From a virus (lineage: Duplodnaviria > Caudoviricetes): a DNA stretch of 64,000 nucleotides. Each line of letters opens with the position of its first letter. Positions within the stretch are counted from its first letter, which is position 1. A program made the position numbers and the translations under genes. The notes beneath the pieces were generated by a model that was not told the DNA's origin, did not search any database, and saw only the letters and a list, made by a program, of their open reading frames with translations. Location of the stretch: the IMG/VR virus record IMGVR_UViG_3300014031_000001, positions 32,001-96,000 of that record; one strand, given 5' to 3'. Below, in pieces: positions 18,363 to 27,039 of this stretch.

Positions 18363-18830
18363 TTAGTAGCCGCGTCCATCGTCCTGCTCCTGGGCTTGGG
18401 ACTGCTGACGCTGCTTGTGGGCATGGTGCTGAGCCAAGCCCGCTAACGCGGCGGCCGTGGCTGTGCGGACCATGCGGTTTTGCCCGTCCGACTGGGAGTC
18501 CTGGATCTCCGCCGGCATCAGCTCGACGCGACGGCGGTGCTCCGTTTCATTGCTGGCGTCGATGCTGTTACGAACGCTCGGGCGCGTGCGCAGCATGTGG
18601 TCGGCAACGTCGCGCGAGGCGTTGGAGCGGCTGATCGCCGGCCACAGGCCCAGCGTTGGAATGCCGGTGAGCCACGGGTGCTTAAGGCCCGCGCGGCTGT
18701 TGTTCTCGCGGTCCAGCTCCGTCTGCGCCGCGGGAGCATCGTCGCCCGTCAGATAGTGCCCAAGGTGGGTCTCGACGTCGCTGAGGCGCGCCTTTGCCTG
18801 CTTTTCGAATCCGTTCCAGAAGTGGCTCAT
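18363..18830 (-). CDS. FWxGF-tag putative internal virion protein
   Basis: Starts MSHFWNGFEKQA. Confidence 0.7.
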   Translation of the reverse strand: MSHFWNGFEKQAKARLSDVETHLGHYLTGDDAPAAQTELDRENNSRAGLKHPWLTGIPTLGLWPAISRSNASRDVADHMLRTRPSVRNSIDASNETEHRRRVELMPAEIQDSQSDGQNRMVRTATAAALAGLAQHHAHKQRQQSQAQEQDDGRGY

Positions 18831-18840
18831 GTTCCTGTCC

Positions 18841-21573
18841 TTAAGCGATGGTGTCGATGCCTAGCTCTTTTTTCGTCTCAAACTCGTTCACGTAGCTCTT
18901 GGAGCCCACGTACTTGCGCTCCATCTTCTTGCGCAGCTTGTCGCTGTAGCGGGTGATGCCGACGTCCAGGTCCTTGCCGCCGCCGACGGCGCCCGACAGG
19001 ATCTTTTGCTTCGCCAGGGCCGACAAGATTGGAGTTGCGAGCCCAAAAGTGATGCCGGCCGCTACGGCAGGCACCGCCGCACGCGCGATCGGGTTGTTTT
19101 TCCACTTGGCAGGCAAGATCGTGGTAAAGGCCTTGTCGAGGGTGCTGTTGATGGCCTTTGTGGCCTTACCGCCCCCGCCGCCCATGCTGTGTAGCTGCCA
19201 AAGAATCGGCAGGCCCGTCATCGCGAGCTCCAGGCCTGCCTTAGCGTCGATGACGCGCTCGTCGAGCTTCGACTCTGCCAGGATTTTGGAGTAGTGCTGC
19301 TTTTTGGTGAGCGACTCCATGCCGCGGTCGAGCAGCATCTGCTTCATCTTGGCCTCGACCGCCTTCTCGGCGCCGGCGCTAACGCGTCTGCCGATAAAGT
19401 TTCCGGGGATGCTACCGACAATCCTTCCGATGGTATGGCCGTACTGATCGACCAGCATGTCGGCAGCCGCATCCAGGACAAGTCTTTCGGAGCCAGGTGC
19501 GAGCTCCTCTATGCCCAGAAGGGAGTGGTCGCCGGAGCTGCGTGGGAGGCCCAAAGTTCTCGGTTGGCCGACTTGGTGCGGACTTCTCGCTTCGTGGGCG
19601 GGCTTTTTACCCTCCCCGCCCAGCGCACCAATGACTGACCCAACATTGGCGCGAAGCTCGGCGGGCATCTCGCCAAACGCAGAGGTGGCCCGCTCTTGAA
19701 GCCCTTTCAGCAGACTGCCCATATCGACGGCGTCGTCGTCGCTTGCGCGCTTTTCGATGACGTCGCGAAAGTCCTTGTTGAGGTCGTCTTTCCTCTTTGC
19801 GATCGAGTAAATCCAGTGGTCGACGCCCTTGTTGCCCTTGGGCATAAACTTGGCGAGCCCGGAAGCCTCCGGCACGGCGTAGTAGCGGCGGATCTCGACC
19901 TTGCGCTCAGCCTCAGGGCGGTGGGCGAGAGACCCCATGCGCATGACGCGCGCTTCGGCCTGCTGAATCATCTCGGGGTTGTAGTGCCCCTCCATCATCT
20001 GCATCATCGTGCCGTGCTTTAGGTCAAGACCCTGGGCGCCAGCACTCGAGAGCAGCAGGATTCTCGTCTTATTGGCGTTGAAGTCCTTGATGGCCTTGGA
20101 GCGCGTGTCGGCCGTGACGCCCTCTTGGCCCGAGCCTACGAACTTGTCGTAGTGCATGTCTTCGGCCTTGAGCGCCTTTTCCACCGCGTCAAGCCCGCCG
20201 CGGAGCAGGTTGTGGTAGATGACGGTACGGTTTTCCGGGTGCGCCGCCAGGTGCGCCTTGGCGTCGTCCAGGACGGCACGCACCTTGGGCGAGTAGTCAG
20301 CGGGGTTTTTACCCTCGAGTCGCTTGTCGAAAAGGCCAGGGTCAGTCGCGACTTGACGCGCCTGCAGGAGCTTCGAGAAGGCGTCTCTGGCCTCGCGCTG
20401 GCCGACCGGGATGTTGTTGCGAATCTTCCAGCGGGTGATCGGGTCCACTGACGACATCGAGAAGTCGTAGAGCTTTTTTTGGTCCGGCGTCATCGTGACT
20501 TCGACGTCGATGGTCTTCTTGTCGGGCATGTCGCCCGAGACTTCGTCGCGGCCGACGTAGTCGATCTTGTTGCCCAGGTACTTGGCGAGCTGGGGCTTAT
20601 TTTTCAGGCTCTTCGTGATCTCGACTTTGGGGCTAAAGAAGCCGACCTTCTTCGCGTCCTTTTGGACAAAGAGGTTGTCGAAGAACTTCTTGTTCACGAG
20701 CTTGTGGCTGCCAGGACCGAAGGTGACGTCCATCAGCGGCACGACGTCGGCCGGCTCGTTATTCACGATGGAGCCGGTGAGAGTGATCGCCTGCTTGAAC
20801 TTGGGCCGCACCTCGCGCAGCATGTTGTAGGTCGACCCCTGTTCGTCGCGCACCTTGTGGACTTCGTCCATGATGAGCGTGTCGGCGCCTGTGTCGGCCA
20901 GGATCTGTGCGTGATGCTGGCGGAAGAGTTCGTACGAGACGACGTTGTAGTCGGCCTTGGAAGGCTGCCCGACGTCGAGGTTGTGACGCTCGTTCTTCGG
21001 GCCGTAGACGGCCGACGTCGAGTTGGTGAACTTCTTCACGCCGTTTTCGACAAAGTTCTCGCGCAGGCTGGCGGGCACGACGACGATGGCGCGCACGGCC
21101 TTGCCGGCCTTACGCAGCTTTTCAAAAGAGGCGATCGCCGTCAGCGTCTTGCCGCTCCCCGTTGGGTGAGCGGCCAGAAGACTGTTGTTGTTGCCCGGGT
21201 CGTCGAGGCGCTCGAGGGCGCGTGTCTGGTGCGGCTTTAGCTGGACTTCGGCGTTGAGTGCGGCTGCCTTGTAGAAACCGCGCAGGACGGGGTGCCCGAG
21301 CTTTCCCATCATCTTCTTGCCGACGCTATGACCGTACGCGCCGCCACCGACTATGCCGGCCAAGGCCCCTAGGAGCGGTGCCTTGGACAAAAGTTTGTCT
21401 TTGGTCGTGTGGTCGCGTTTGTCCTTGAGCTTGTCTTCGTAGCGGGCGCGTAAGAGTAGGCCGGCGCCGGTGCCGGTGATGGCCCCGCCGAAGCCGCCGA
21501 GCGCACTCGTCGCGAGGCGACCCATCAGGTCAAGTTTATCTGGTACCAACCCGGCTGTCTTCTCGTCTGCCAT
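18841..21573 (-). CDS. SNF2-like SF2 helicase with Gly-rich hydrophobic terminal extensions
   Basis: HPTGSGKT, VVVPASL, MDEVH, LTGS, AGAQGLDL, QQAEARVMRMG; EKTA, LRGFYKAA and EKRA bracket the domains. Confidence 0.88.
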   Translation of the reverse strand: MADEKTAGLVPDKLDLMGRLATSALGGFGGAITGTGAGLLLRARYEDKLKDKRDHTTKDKLLSKAPLLGALAGIVGGGAYGHSVGKKMMGKLGHPVLRGFYKAAALNAEVQLKPHQTRALERLDDPGNNNSLLAAHPTGSGKTLTAIASFEKLRKAGKAVRAIVVVPASLRENFVENGVKKFTNSTSAVYGPKNERHNLDVGQPSKADYNVVSYELFRQHHAQILADTGADTLIMDEVHKVRDEQGSTYNMLREVRPKFKQAITLTGSIVNNEPADVVPLMDVTFGPGSHKLVNKKFFDNLFVQKDAKKVGFFSPKVEITKSLKNKPQLAKYLGNKIDYVGRDEVSGDMPDKKTIDVEVTMTPDQKKLYDFSMSSVDPITRWKIRNNIPVGQREARDAFSKLLQARQVATDPGLFDKRLEGKNPADYSPKVRAVLDDAKAHLAAHPENRTVIYHNLLRGGLDAVEKALKAEDMHYDKFVGSGQEGVTADTRSKAIKDFNANKTRILLLSSAGAQGLDLKHGTMMQMMEGHYNPEMIQQAEARVMRMGSLAHRPEAERKVEIRRYYAVPEASGLAKFMPKGNKGVDHWIYSIAKRKDDLNKDFRDVIEKRASDDDAVDMGSLLKGLQERATSAFGEMPAELRANVGSVIGALGGEGKKPAHEARSPHQVGQPRTLGLPRSSGDHSLLGIEELAPGSERLVLDAAADMLVDQYGHTIGRIVGSIPGNFIGRRVSAGAEKAVEAKMKQMLLDRGMESLTKKQHYSKILAESKLDERVIDAKAGLELAMTGLPILWQLHSMGGGGGKATKAINSTLDKAFTTILPAKWKNNPIARAAVPAVAAGITFGLATPILSALAKQKILSGAVGGGKDLDVGITRYSDKLRKKMERKYVGSKSYVNEFETKKELGIDTIA

Positions 21574-21584
21574 GCCACAAACCC

Positions 21585-22058
21585 CTACCAGCTGTATCCG
21601 ATAGTGTCGTACTCGGAGCTAACGCCGCCCCAACCGCCGCGGATGTTTTGGAACATCTTCATGTTGCGCTTTTTGAGCTCGTACTCGTTGGCGAAGTTGA
21701 TCGCCCAGGTCATGTAGTAGTTGCTCTTGTTGGAGCGCATGAAGCTCGAGCCGCCTGCGTTGTACTGCAGCTCGTTTCGAGCTTGGACGATGCTCTGCGT
21801 CTTGAGCACCTGGATGGCGGCGCCGTGCATCAGCATGTAGAGGCTCGGGTAGTTCCCGATGTCCACAGAGCCGCAGAACGGCGCCGTCGCGTTCCAGTCG
21901 CTCAGCGCCATCTCGATGGCAAAGGTCAAAAGCTCGTCGTCCGTCTCTTCCTTGCGGATGAGCCGGTTGATCTCTTTGGTGTCACGTAAAAAAAGGCGAA
22001 GATACCGCTTCGCCTTTTGCAACCGTGCGGTCGCCTCTGCCGTCAAGCCAGCCATCAC
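21585..22058 (-). CDS. Putative head-tail adaptor
   Basis: Helical 157-aa protein downstream of the capsid gene; LRLFLRD, AIEMALSDWN. Confidence 0.55.
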   Translation of the reverse strand: MMAGLTAEATARLQKAKRYLRLFLRDTKEINRLIRKEETDDELLTFAIEMALSDWNATAPFCGSVDIGNYPSLYMLMHGAAIQVLKTQSIVQARNELQYNAGGSSFMRSNKSNYYMTWAINFANEYELKKRNMKMFQNIRGGWGGVSSEYDTIGYSW

Positions 22059-22594
22059 ACCCCCGTTGGGACCGCGTCAAGAGTGCTGCTTTTTTCTTGC
22101 TTGTCTTTTTTGCCGTTGCCGCTGCGGTTAGGCGCAGTGACGACGAAGTTCGGCGCACCGTCAGGGTTGACGGCGCCCGGGTACTCCTGGGTGCTCTCGG
22201 GGCTGCTAGCCTCGTTGCCCTTGCCCATCTCGTTGACGACGGCGCGGCGGCGGCCGTCGTCACCCTTCGCGGGCTGGCCAGCTTCCGAGACGGGGGCATT
22301 GGCCGTGCGGCTTTGCGCGTGGTCGCGCAAGACGGCGGCGACGCCGTCGATCTCTTCGATGGAGATGAGGCCGCCCGCCTGCAGGCGGTACATGCCCTCC
22401 GAGACTTCGTTCATGATGCGCGGGTTGTCGCGCGCATGGATAGCGATCAGGCCGTTCTTGTCGTCGCGAAACGAAACGCCGTGACCCACTTTTTCGATCG
22501 CTTTGCGCACGTCGACGCCATCCGCGTTGAGGCGGGGGGCTTTGATCGTCGTGTTCGTGATCTTGTACTTCGTCCGTTGTTGCTGCTGCGCCAT
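22055..22594 (-). CDS. Hypothetical virion protein
   Basis: AAGGAG RBS; lies in the head-neck operon. Confidence 0.65.
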   Translation of the reverse strand: MAQQQQRTKYKITNTTIKAPRLNADGVDVRKAIEKVGHGVSFRDDKNGLIAIHARDNPRIMNEVSEGMYRLQAGGLISIEEIDGVAAVLRDHAQSRTANAPVSEAGQPAKGDDGRRRAVVNEMGKGNEASSPESTQEYPGAVNPDGAPNFVVTAPNRSGNGKKDKQEKSSTLDAVPTGV

Positions 22595-22609
22595 GCTGAA
22601 TACTCCTTG

Positions 22610-22650
22610 AAAAGTGAGAAGGCGGCGGCCCTTTTGAGGCCGCCGCCGAT
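22610..22650 (-). terminator. Terminator after the major capsid gene
   Basis: GGCGGCGGCCTC-AAAA-GGGCCGCCGCC hairpin plus T-rich tail on the - strand. Confidence 0.65.
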
Positions 22651-22656
22651 GTCAGA

Positions 22657-23586
22657 TCAGATCGTGCCGCCGACGGGGATCGGGTTCGGAACGTCGAGCT
22701 CGATCTTGGCGATCGACTTGATGTTTCCGAAGCCTTCGGCGATGTACTCCCAGCTCTTCCAGAGGACCAGGTCGGCCTCCTTCTTGATCCAGAACTTGAT
22801 GTCGTTCAGGATGAAGAAGTTTCCGAGGTAGCTCGGCTCCGTATAGGCCCAGACTTCGCCTGGGGCCACGATGTCGTGCTTGTTGGTGACAACCAACTTA
22901 CGCTTCAGGATCGTCTGGTACTTGTAGCCGTCGACCGTGATCTCGGACGCCAGGGGCGAGCCGATTTCAGTGGCGGGCTGGATCAACCAGTCATCCCAGT
23001 CGACGGTGTTCATCAGCACGGTGCCGACGGACAGCTCATCGTAGTCGATCATCTTGAAGAGACTGTTGATCTCTTTACGGTCGATCGCCGTCGCCGCGGA
23101 AACGAGGCGCTTGCCCGTGATGGACACGGCCGCTTCCGAGTACTCGATGAACTTCTCGTCTTCGACGCGCTGGATGTCCTTGACCGAGTTCTCTTCGATG
23201 ACCTTGGTGATCGCGTAGTCGTAGGCGAGGAGCTCGCCTTCGGACTTCACGAACTTCTCGGACTCGACCTTGAAGAACGGCAGGGCGTAGCGCTTGCCTT
23301 GCAGGTAGCGCTCGTCGGCTTCGGAAGCGAAGTTGACGGGCATCGCCTTCGAGTTGTGCTCGATGTCGACGATCTTGATCAGGGTGTCGTGGTTCGTCGC
23401 GCGGGTCAATTCGGCCCGGGTGACGTTCTCCGGTGGAAGGACCCGCCGGGCAAACCCGATTTCACGGATCTTGCTACGGACGAAGGAGGCGCCGGCGGCG
23501 GCGGTCTTCTGGAGACCTTCGGTCGTATCCAACCGCTCAATGAAGAGGTTGTTGAACGTTTGCGCGTCCAAATCGTTGTTATGCAT
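22657..23586 (-). CDS. Major capsid protein (HK97-fold, encapsulin/linocin-sized)
   Basis: 309 aa; KIREIGFARRVLPP and IQRVEDEKF; downstream of protease and scaffold genes; strong RBS and terminator. Confidence 0.75.
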   Translation of the reverse strand: MHNNDLDAQTFNNLFIERLDTTEGLQKTAAAGASFVRSKIREIGFARRVLPPENVTRAELTRATNHDTLIKIVDIEHNSKAMPVNFASEADERYLQGKRYALPFFKVESEKFVKSEGELLAYDYAITKVIEENSVKDIQRVEDEKFIEYSEAAVSITGKRLVSAATAIDRKEINSLFKMIDYDELSVGTVLMNTVDWDDWLIQPATEIGSPLASEITVDGYKYQTILKRKLVVTNKHDIVAPGEVWAYTEPSYLGNFFILNDIKFWIKKEADLVLWKSWEYIAEGFGNIKSIAKIELDVPNPIPVGGTI

Positions 23587-23664
23587 CTAGTGCATTCTCC
23601 TGCGATGTTTTTTATGTGGCTTTTAGAAACGGGGAGCGTCGAGCCTTGATCAGGTCACTGCGAC

Positions 23665-24144
23665 TTAGGCGTTGGCCATTTCGCAGATCAGGTAGCCGGT
23701 GCCGACGGTCTGGACGACCGCAACGCAGGCTTCGGCGCTGACGACGGGCGCAAGCCACGCCTGGCCAGTGCCGCCGGACTTCGCCGCCAGCTTCACGCCA
23801 GGCGTGTAGGATCCCGCAGGGTCGTACACGGTGGTCTTGAAGATGACGCCAGGTCCCATGATCAAAGTGACAGCGCCCGTCGCATGGACGTCGAAACGGT
23901 CCGTGCCACAAAACACCGGGTAGGAGTTACGAACGCCAGTCGCGCCGGGGCGCTGAACTTTGTCGTCCGAGTTGAGAACGGCCCACTCGCCCTTGAGGAG
24001 CGTCGTGGTGTTCAGGTCAACGAGCTTCTTGTCGACGCGGTGCATGCTTTCCAAGCCGCGAAGGACTTGGAACGCATCGTCGTCGAGGGTCAGATCGGCC
24101 GTGACCGGTGCGACCCGGGTAGGATCGATTGCATTGAGCGACAT
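23665..24144 (-). CDS. Putative capsid decoration/cement protein
   Basis: Beta-rich 159-aa protein immediately upstream of the capsid gene. Confidence 0.55.
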   Translation of the reverse strand: MSLNAIDPTRVAPVTADLTLDDDAFQVLRGLESMHRVDKKLVDLNTTTLLKGEWAVLNSDDKVQRPGATGVRNSYPVFCGTDRFDVHATGAVTLIMGPGVIFKTTVYDPAGSYTPGVKLAAKSGGTGQAWLAPVVSAEACVAVVQTVGTGYLICEMANA

Positions 24145-24164
24145 CTCTTGCCTCCAGACAATGT

Positions 24165-25025
24165 TTAAACTTCATCCCCAAGGATAGCGGCCTGGAATTC
24201 TTCTGAGGCGTTAAGCGTGCGCGAGTCGAGTCTAGCTGCGACCTCACCAAGCTTCGTCGTACCACCTGTCAATTCCAGCGCCTTCTCGACAATCACAAGG
24301 TCTTGGTTGATCAGCGTTGCGAGTTTTTCCTCGAATTCGCCGAAAGAACGCGGCATCTCGCTTAGCCCCATCTCCACCTGGCGGTAGAGCAGTCGCGTAG
24401 CGTGAGCCCGCTTCCTGTGCCCCTTGTTCTCCGAGTGGAGATGAAGCATTGCAGAAGCAACTTTTTCGCGAAGCTGTCGATCGGCCATTCCGACCTCAGC
24501 AGACGCATCTTTTTCCATAGGGTTCTGTCCCCGAGTATGTCGGAAGTCCCGAACCTTTTCTAAACCTTTTTCTAGACCATACCCGATAATAAACGGTTCG
24601 CTGACATCCCGCAATTTCGTAAGCGGTGCCAAGGCCGAAGCGCGTTCAACATCTTTGTGGAGCTTGTCGCCCCAGGGGAGCTTCTCGGTCGTGCGAAAGA
24701 GCTTCTTGCCGACCAGCGGGATCTTCGAGAGAACGTGCCCCGCGCCGATGTCAGCCATCAGCGCCGGCTTGCTTACGTACTTCCACAGGGCGTCGTCGAC
24801 CTTGCCCTTGCCGAGCAGCTTTTCGGCGGCCCAAATAGCAGGAGTTGCCAGCAGCGAGTCAGGCCCGCCGCTGTGGGTCGCCTGGTGCTTGTAGCCGGCC
24901 AGCGCCTTCATGTGGTCGGGGTCGCCGACCGCCTTGGCGAAAAACTTGGGCACGTGCTCGGCGGCCTGCGCCACCTGGTGGCCAAGGCCCTTGAGTAGGG
25001 CGGTCTTGGAGGACTCTTTCTGCAC
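24165..25025 (-). CDS. Head assembly / internal protein with K-x-A sites
   Basis: SKTA, EKDA, EKVA, EKLA; C-terminal scaffold-like helices. Confidence 0.6.
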   Translation of the reverse strand: MQKESSKTALLKGLGHQVAQAAEHVPKFFAKAVGDPDHMKALAGYKHQATHSGGPDSLLATPAIWAAEKLLGKGKVDDALWKYVSKPALMADIGAGHVLSKIPLVGKKLFRTTEKLPWGDKLHKDVERASALAPLTKLRDVSEPFIIGYGLEKGLEKVRDFRHTRGQNPMEKDASAEVGMADRQLREKVASAMLHLHSENKGHRKRAHATRLLYRQVEMGLSEMPRSFGEFEEKLATLINQDLVIVEKALELTGGTTKLGEVAARLDSRTLNASEEFQAAILGDEV

Positions 25026-25034
25026 GATCCCTCG

Positions 25035-25583
25035 TTATTCGCCCGACTGGCCGCGGCGGTAGCCTTCGACAAAGCCCAAGGCGGCGCCTTCGCGGCGGCC
25101 CTCGTCTTTGCCCTTCTTCTTACCGCGCGAGTGCCCGACGGCACCTGCCGTCAGAAGGCCGGCGGCGCCGCCGGCGAGCCAGGGGGCAGCGCGCGCGAGG
25201 TTGGACTTCTGAGCGCCGGCCGTCTTGTCGAATTGGGCCTGGATCGCCTCGTCCGAATGCCCGGCGGCGCGCGCCTTCTCTTCAAACTGCGCCATCTTTA
25301 CGAGCAGCGGCAGGTTGGCCAGCGTGTCGTTGATGGCCGTCGCCCAGGCGACCTTCTCGCTTAGGGTCTCGAGGGCGTCGTCGCCGGCGGGGTCCGCCAA
25401 GTCGGGGGCTGCGACCTTCGCGGTGCCAAGAGGTGTACGAATCTGCTCGGCAAGCTTGAAGATGTCGTCATCGGCGAACTCGGGCTTCGCTCTTTGGGCC
25501 GCGGCCGTCTTGCTGTGGCCGCCGGCGCGCGTTTCCACAAGCAGGTCAGCTTCCGCGAGGAGCTGCTCCAGCGTCTGTGCCAT
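25035..25583 (-). CDS. Head internal protein with K-x-A sites
   Basis: SKTA, AKVA, EKVA, VKMA, DKTA; Gly-rich hydrophobic segment. Confidence 0.6.
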   Translation of the reverse strand: MAQTLEQLLAEADLLVETRAGGHSKTAAAQRAKPEFADDDIFKLAEQIRTPLGTAKVAAPDLADPAGDDALETLSEKVAWATAINDTLANLPLLVKMAQFEEKARAAGHSDEAIQAQFDKTAGAQKSNLARAAPWLAGGAAGLLTAGAVGHSRGKKKGKDEGRREGAALGFVEGYRRGQSGE

Positions 25584-25603
25584 GTCGTCCTCGATGGTGG
25601 GGG

Positions 25604-25633
25604 AAGAAAGGCCGGGACCGCACGGTCCCGGCC
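25604..25633 (-). terminator. Hairpin terminator
   Basis: GGCCGGGACC-GTGC-GGTCCCGGCC plus TTTCTT. Confidence 0.55.
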
Positions 25634-25643
25634 AGGCGAGAAC

Positions 25644-26384
25644 TTAGTCTTCTTTTTTGCCGAAGTAGCGGCTGGCACCGTAGCCAGCACCGCCGGCCGC
25701 GGCGACGCCGCCTGCGACGGGGGCCATCTTCTTGGCGCCCGAAGCCGCCAAGGCGAGCCGCGAGCCGCGGTCCATCTTGCCGACCATGTGCTCAGTGTTG
25801 CCGGTCACGGCGCGGCCGACTTCCTTGGCACCGGTGCCGGCCCTCGAGACCGCGCCGCGAACGGCGTCGCCGGCGCGCTGCGCGCCCTGGCGGGTTGCCG
25901 CGAACGCATCAGCGCCGTGCGCCTTCACCCGGTTTTTCGCTTGGCCGAGGGCGTTGCGGAAAACCTTGAGGGCCGAGTCGGCGCCAGCCGCCGCGACCTT
26001 CTGCTCGAGGTAGGGGTAGAGGTAGTGAAGCTGGTCGCCATGCTCCGAGGCGCCCTTCTCCATCAGGGAGTCGAGCGTGCCGCGCGCGATGAGCTTGCCG
26101 AGCTCGGAGGCGCTTTTTTCGGACTCGGGGTCCATCTTGCCTTCGTGCTCTTCTTTTTCTTCGTGCTCTTCCTTGTCCTTGGCGGCGAAGGGGTTTTCCT
26201 TCTTCTCGTCTTCGGAGGCGGTCTTGTTGAGCTGGTCGACGATCGCCGTGGCGATGACGTCGTAGCCCTGCTGGTACATTTCGTTGGCAAGGGCAACGCG
26301 CTCGGCAGCAATTTTTTCCACATCATCGCCGAAGTTCGTCTTAACGAGACGTTGATCTTCGGGCGACAGGTCTTGAAAACGCAT
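25644..26384 (-). CDS. Scaffold-like head protein
   Basis: EKIA, NKTA, EKSA, QKVA; acidic N-terminal half, Gly/Ala C-terminal helix. Confidence 0.6.
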   Translation of the reverse strand: MRFQDLSPEDQRLVKTNFGDDVEKIAAERVALANEMYQQGYDVIATAIVDQLNKTASEDEKKENPFAAKDKEEHEEKEEHEGKMDPESEKSASELGKLIARGTLDSLMEKGASEHGDQLHYLYPYLEQKVAAAGADSALKVFRNALGQAKNRVKAHGADAFAATRQGAQRAGDAVRGAVSRAGTGAKEVGRAVTGNTEHMVGKMDRGSRLALAASGAKKMAPVAGGVAAAGGAGYGASRYFGKKED

Positions 26385-26448
26385 GACTATCTCCCAGGAT
26401 AATTAGTGGTTCGTGACAGAGGCTCTCAGAGAAGCGGCACCGCGCAGC

Positions 26449-27015
26449 TTACCTGGTAAGCTGGCTCAGGATCATGTGCTTACGGACCGCGGCGGCCGTC
26501 TTCTGGCTCGAGACCGGGGTCGACTCGTAGTGGCCGACGGTCCGGCTGTCGTTGAGCTTCTTCACTTCGTCCGTGTACTCGGGCGTCGTGTCGATGGCCT
26601 GGCCGCCTTGGCCGGCGTAGTTGCTCGGCTGGGACTGCTCAGGGCGCGTGTCGCTGTGAACGTTGCCCTTGCCCATCTTGGCGACGGGGCCGAGCACTTC
26701 GGAGGCGATCTTGTCCATCGCTTGATCGAAGTAGTAGCCGAAGTAGTCGTGGGCGCGGGCGCCTAGAGCTTCCTGGTAGCTCGCCACTTTGTCTTCTTCG
26801 GCGCTTTTTTCGGTGCCGAAGGTGTCGTCGCCGCCGAAGAACTCGCCGTAGAGCCCCTCCAGGCTGCCAGCGGTCTTTTCCGTACCGACGTCATCGGTCA
26901 GGCCGATTTCGGTCGCCAACGTCTCGAGCGCCGGATCATAGGTCTCCGTCTGGCTCGCCACTTTGGTTTCGCCGAGCAGGTCCATGTCATCCATCAATTC
27001 TTGCAACGTAGGCAT
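26449..27015 (-). CDS. Acidic scaffold-like protein
   Basis: TKVA, EKTA, EKSA, DKVA, DKIA, QKTA; directly downstream of the protease gene. Confidence 0.6.
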   Translation of the reverse strand: MPTLQELMDDMDLLGETKVASQTETYDPALETLATEIGLTDDVGTEKTAGSLEGLYGEFFGGDDTFGTEKSAEEDKVASYQEALGARAHDYFGYYFDQAMDKIASEVLGPVAKMGKGNVHSDTRPEQSQPSNYAGQGGQAIDTTPEYTDEVKKLNDSRTVGHYESTPVSSQKTAAAVRKHMILSQLTR

Positions 27016-27039
27016 TCGTTCCCCTCCGAAAAGTTGAGT

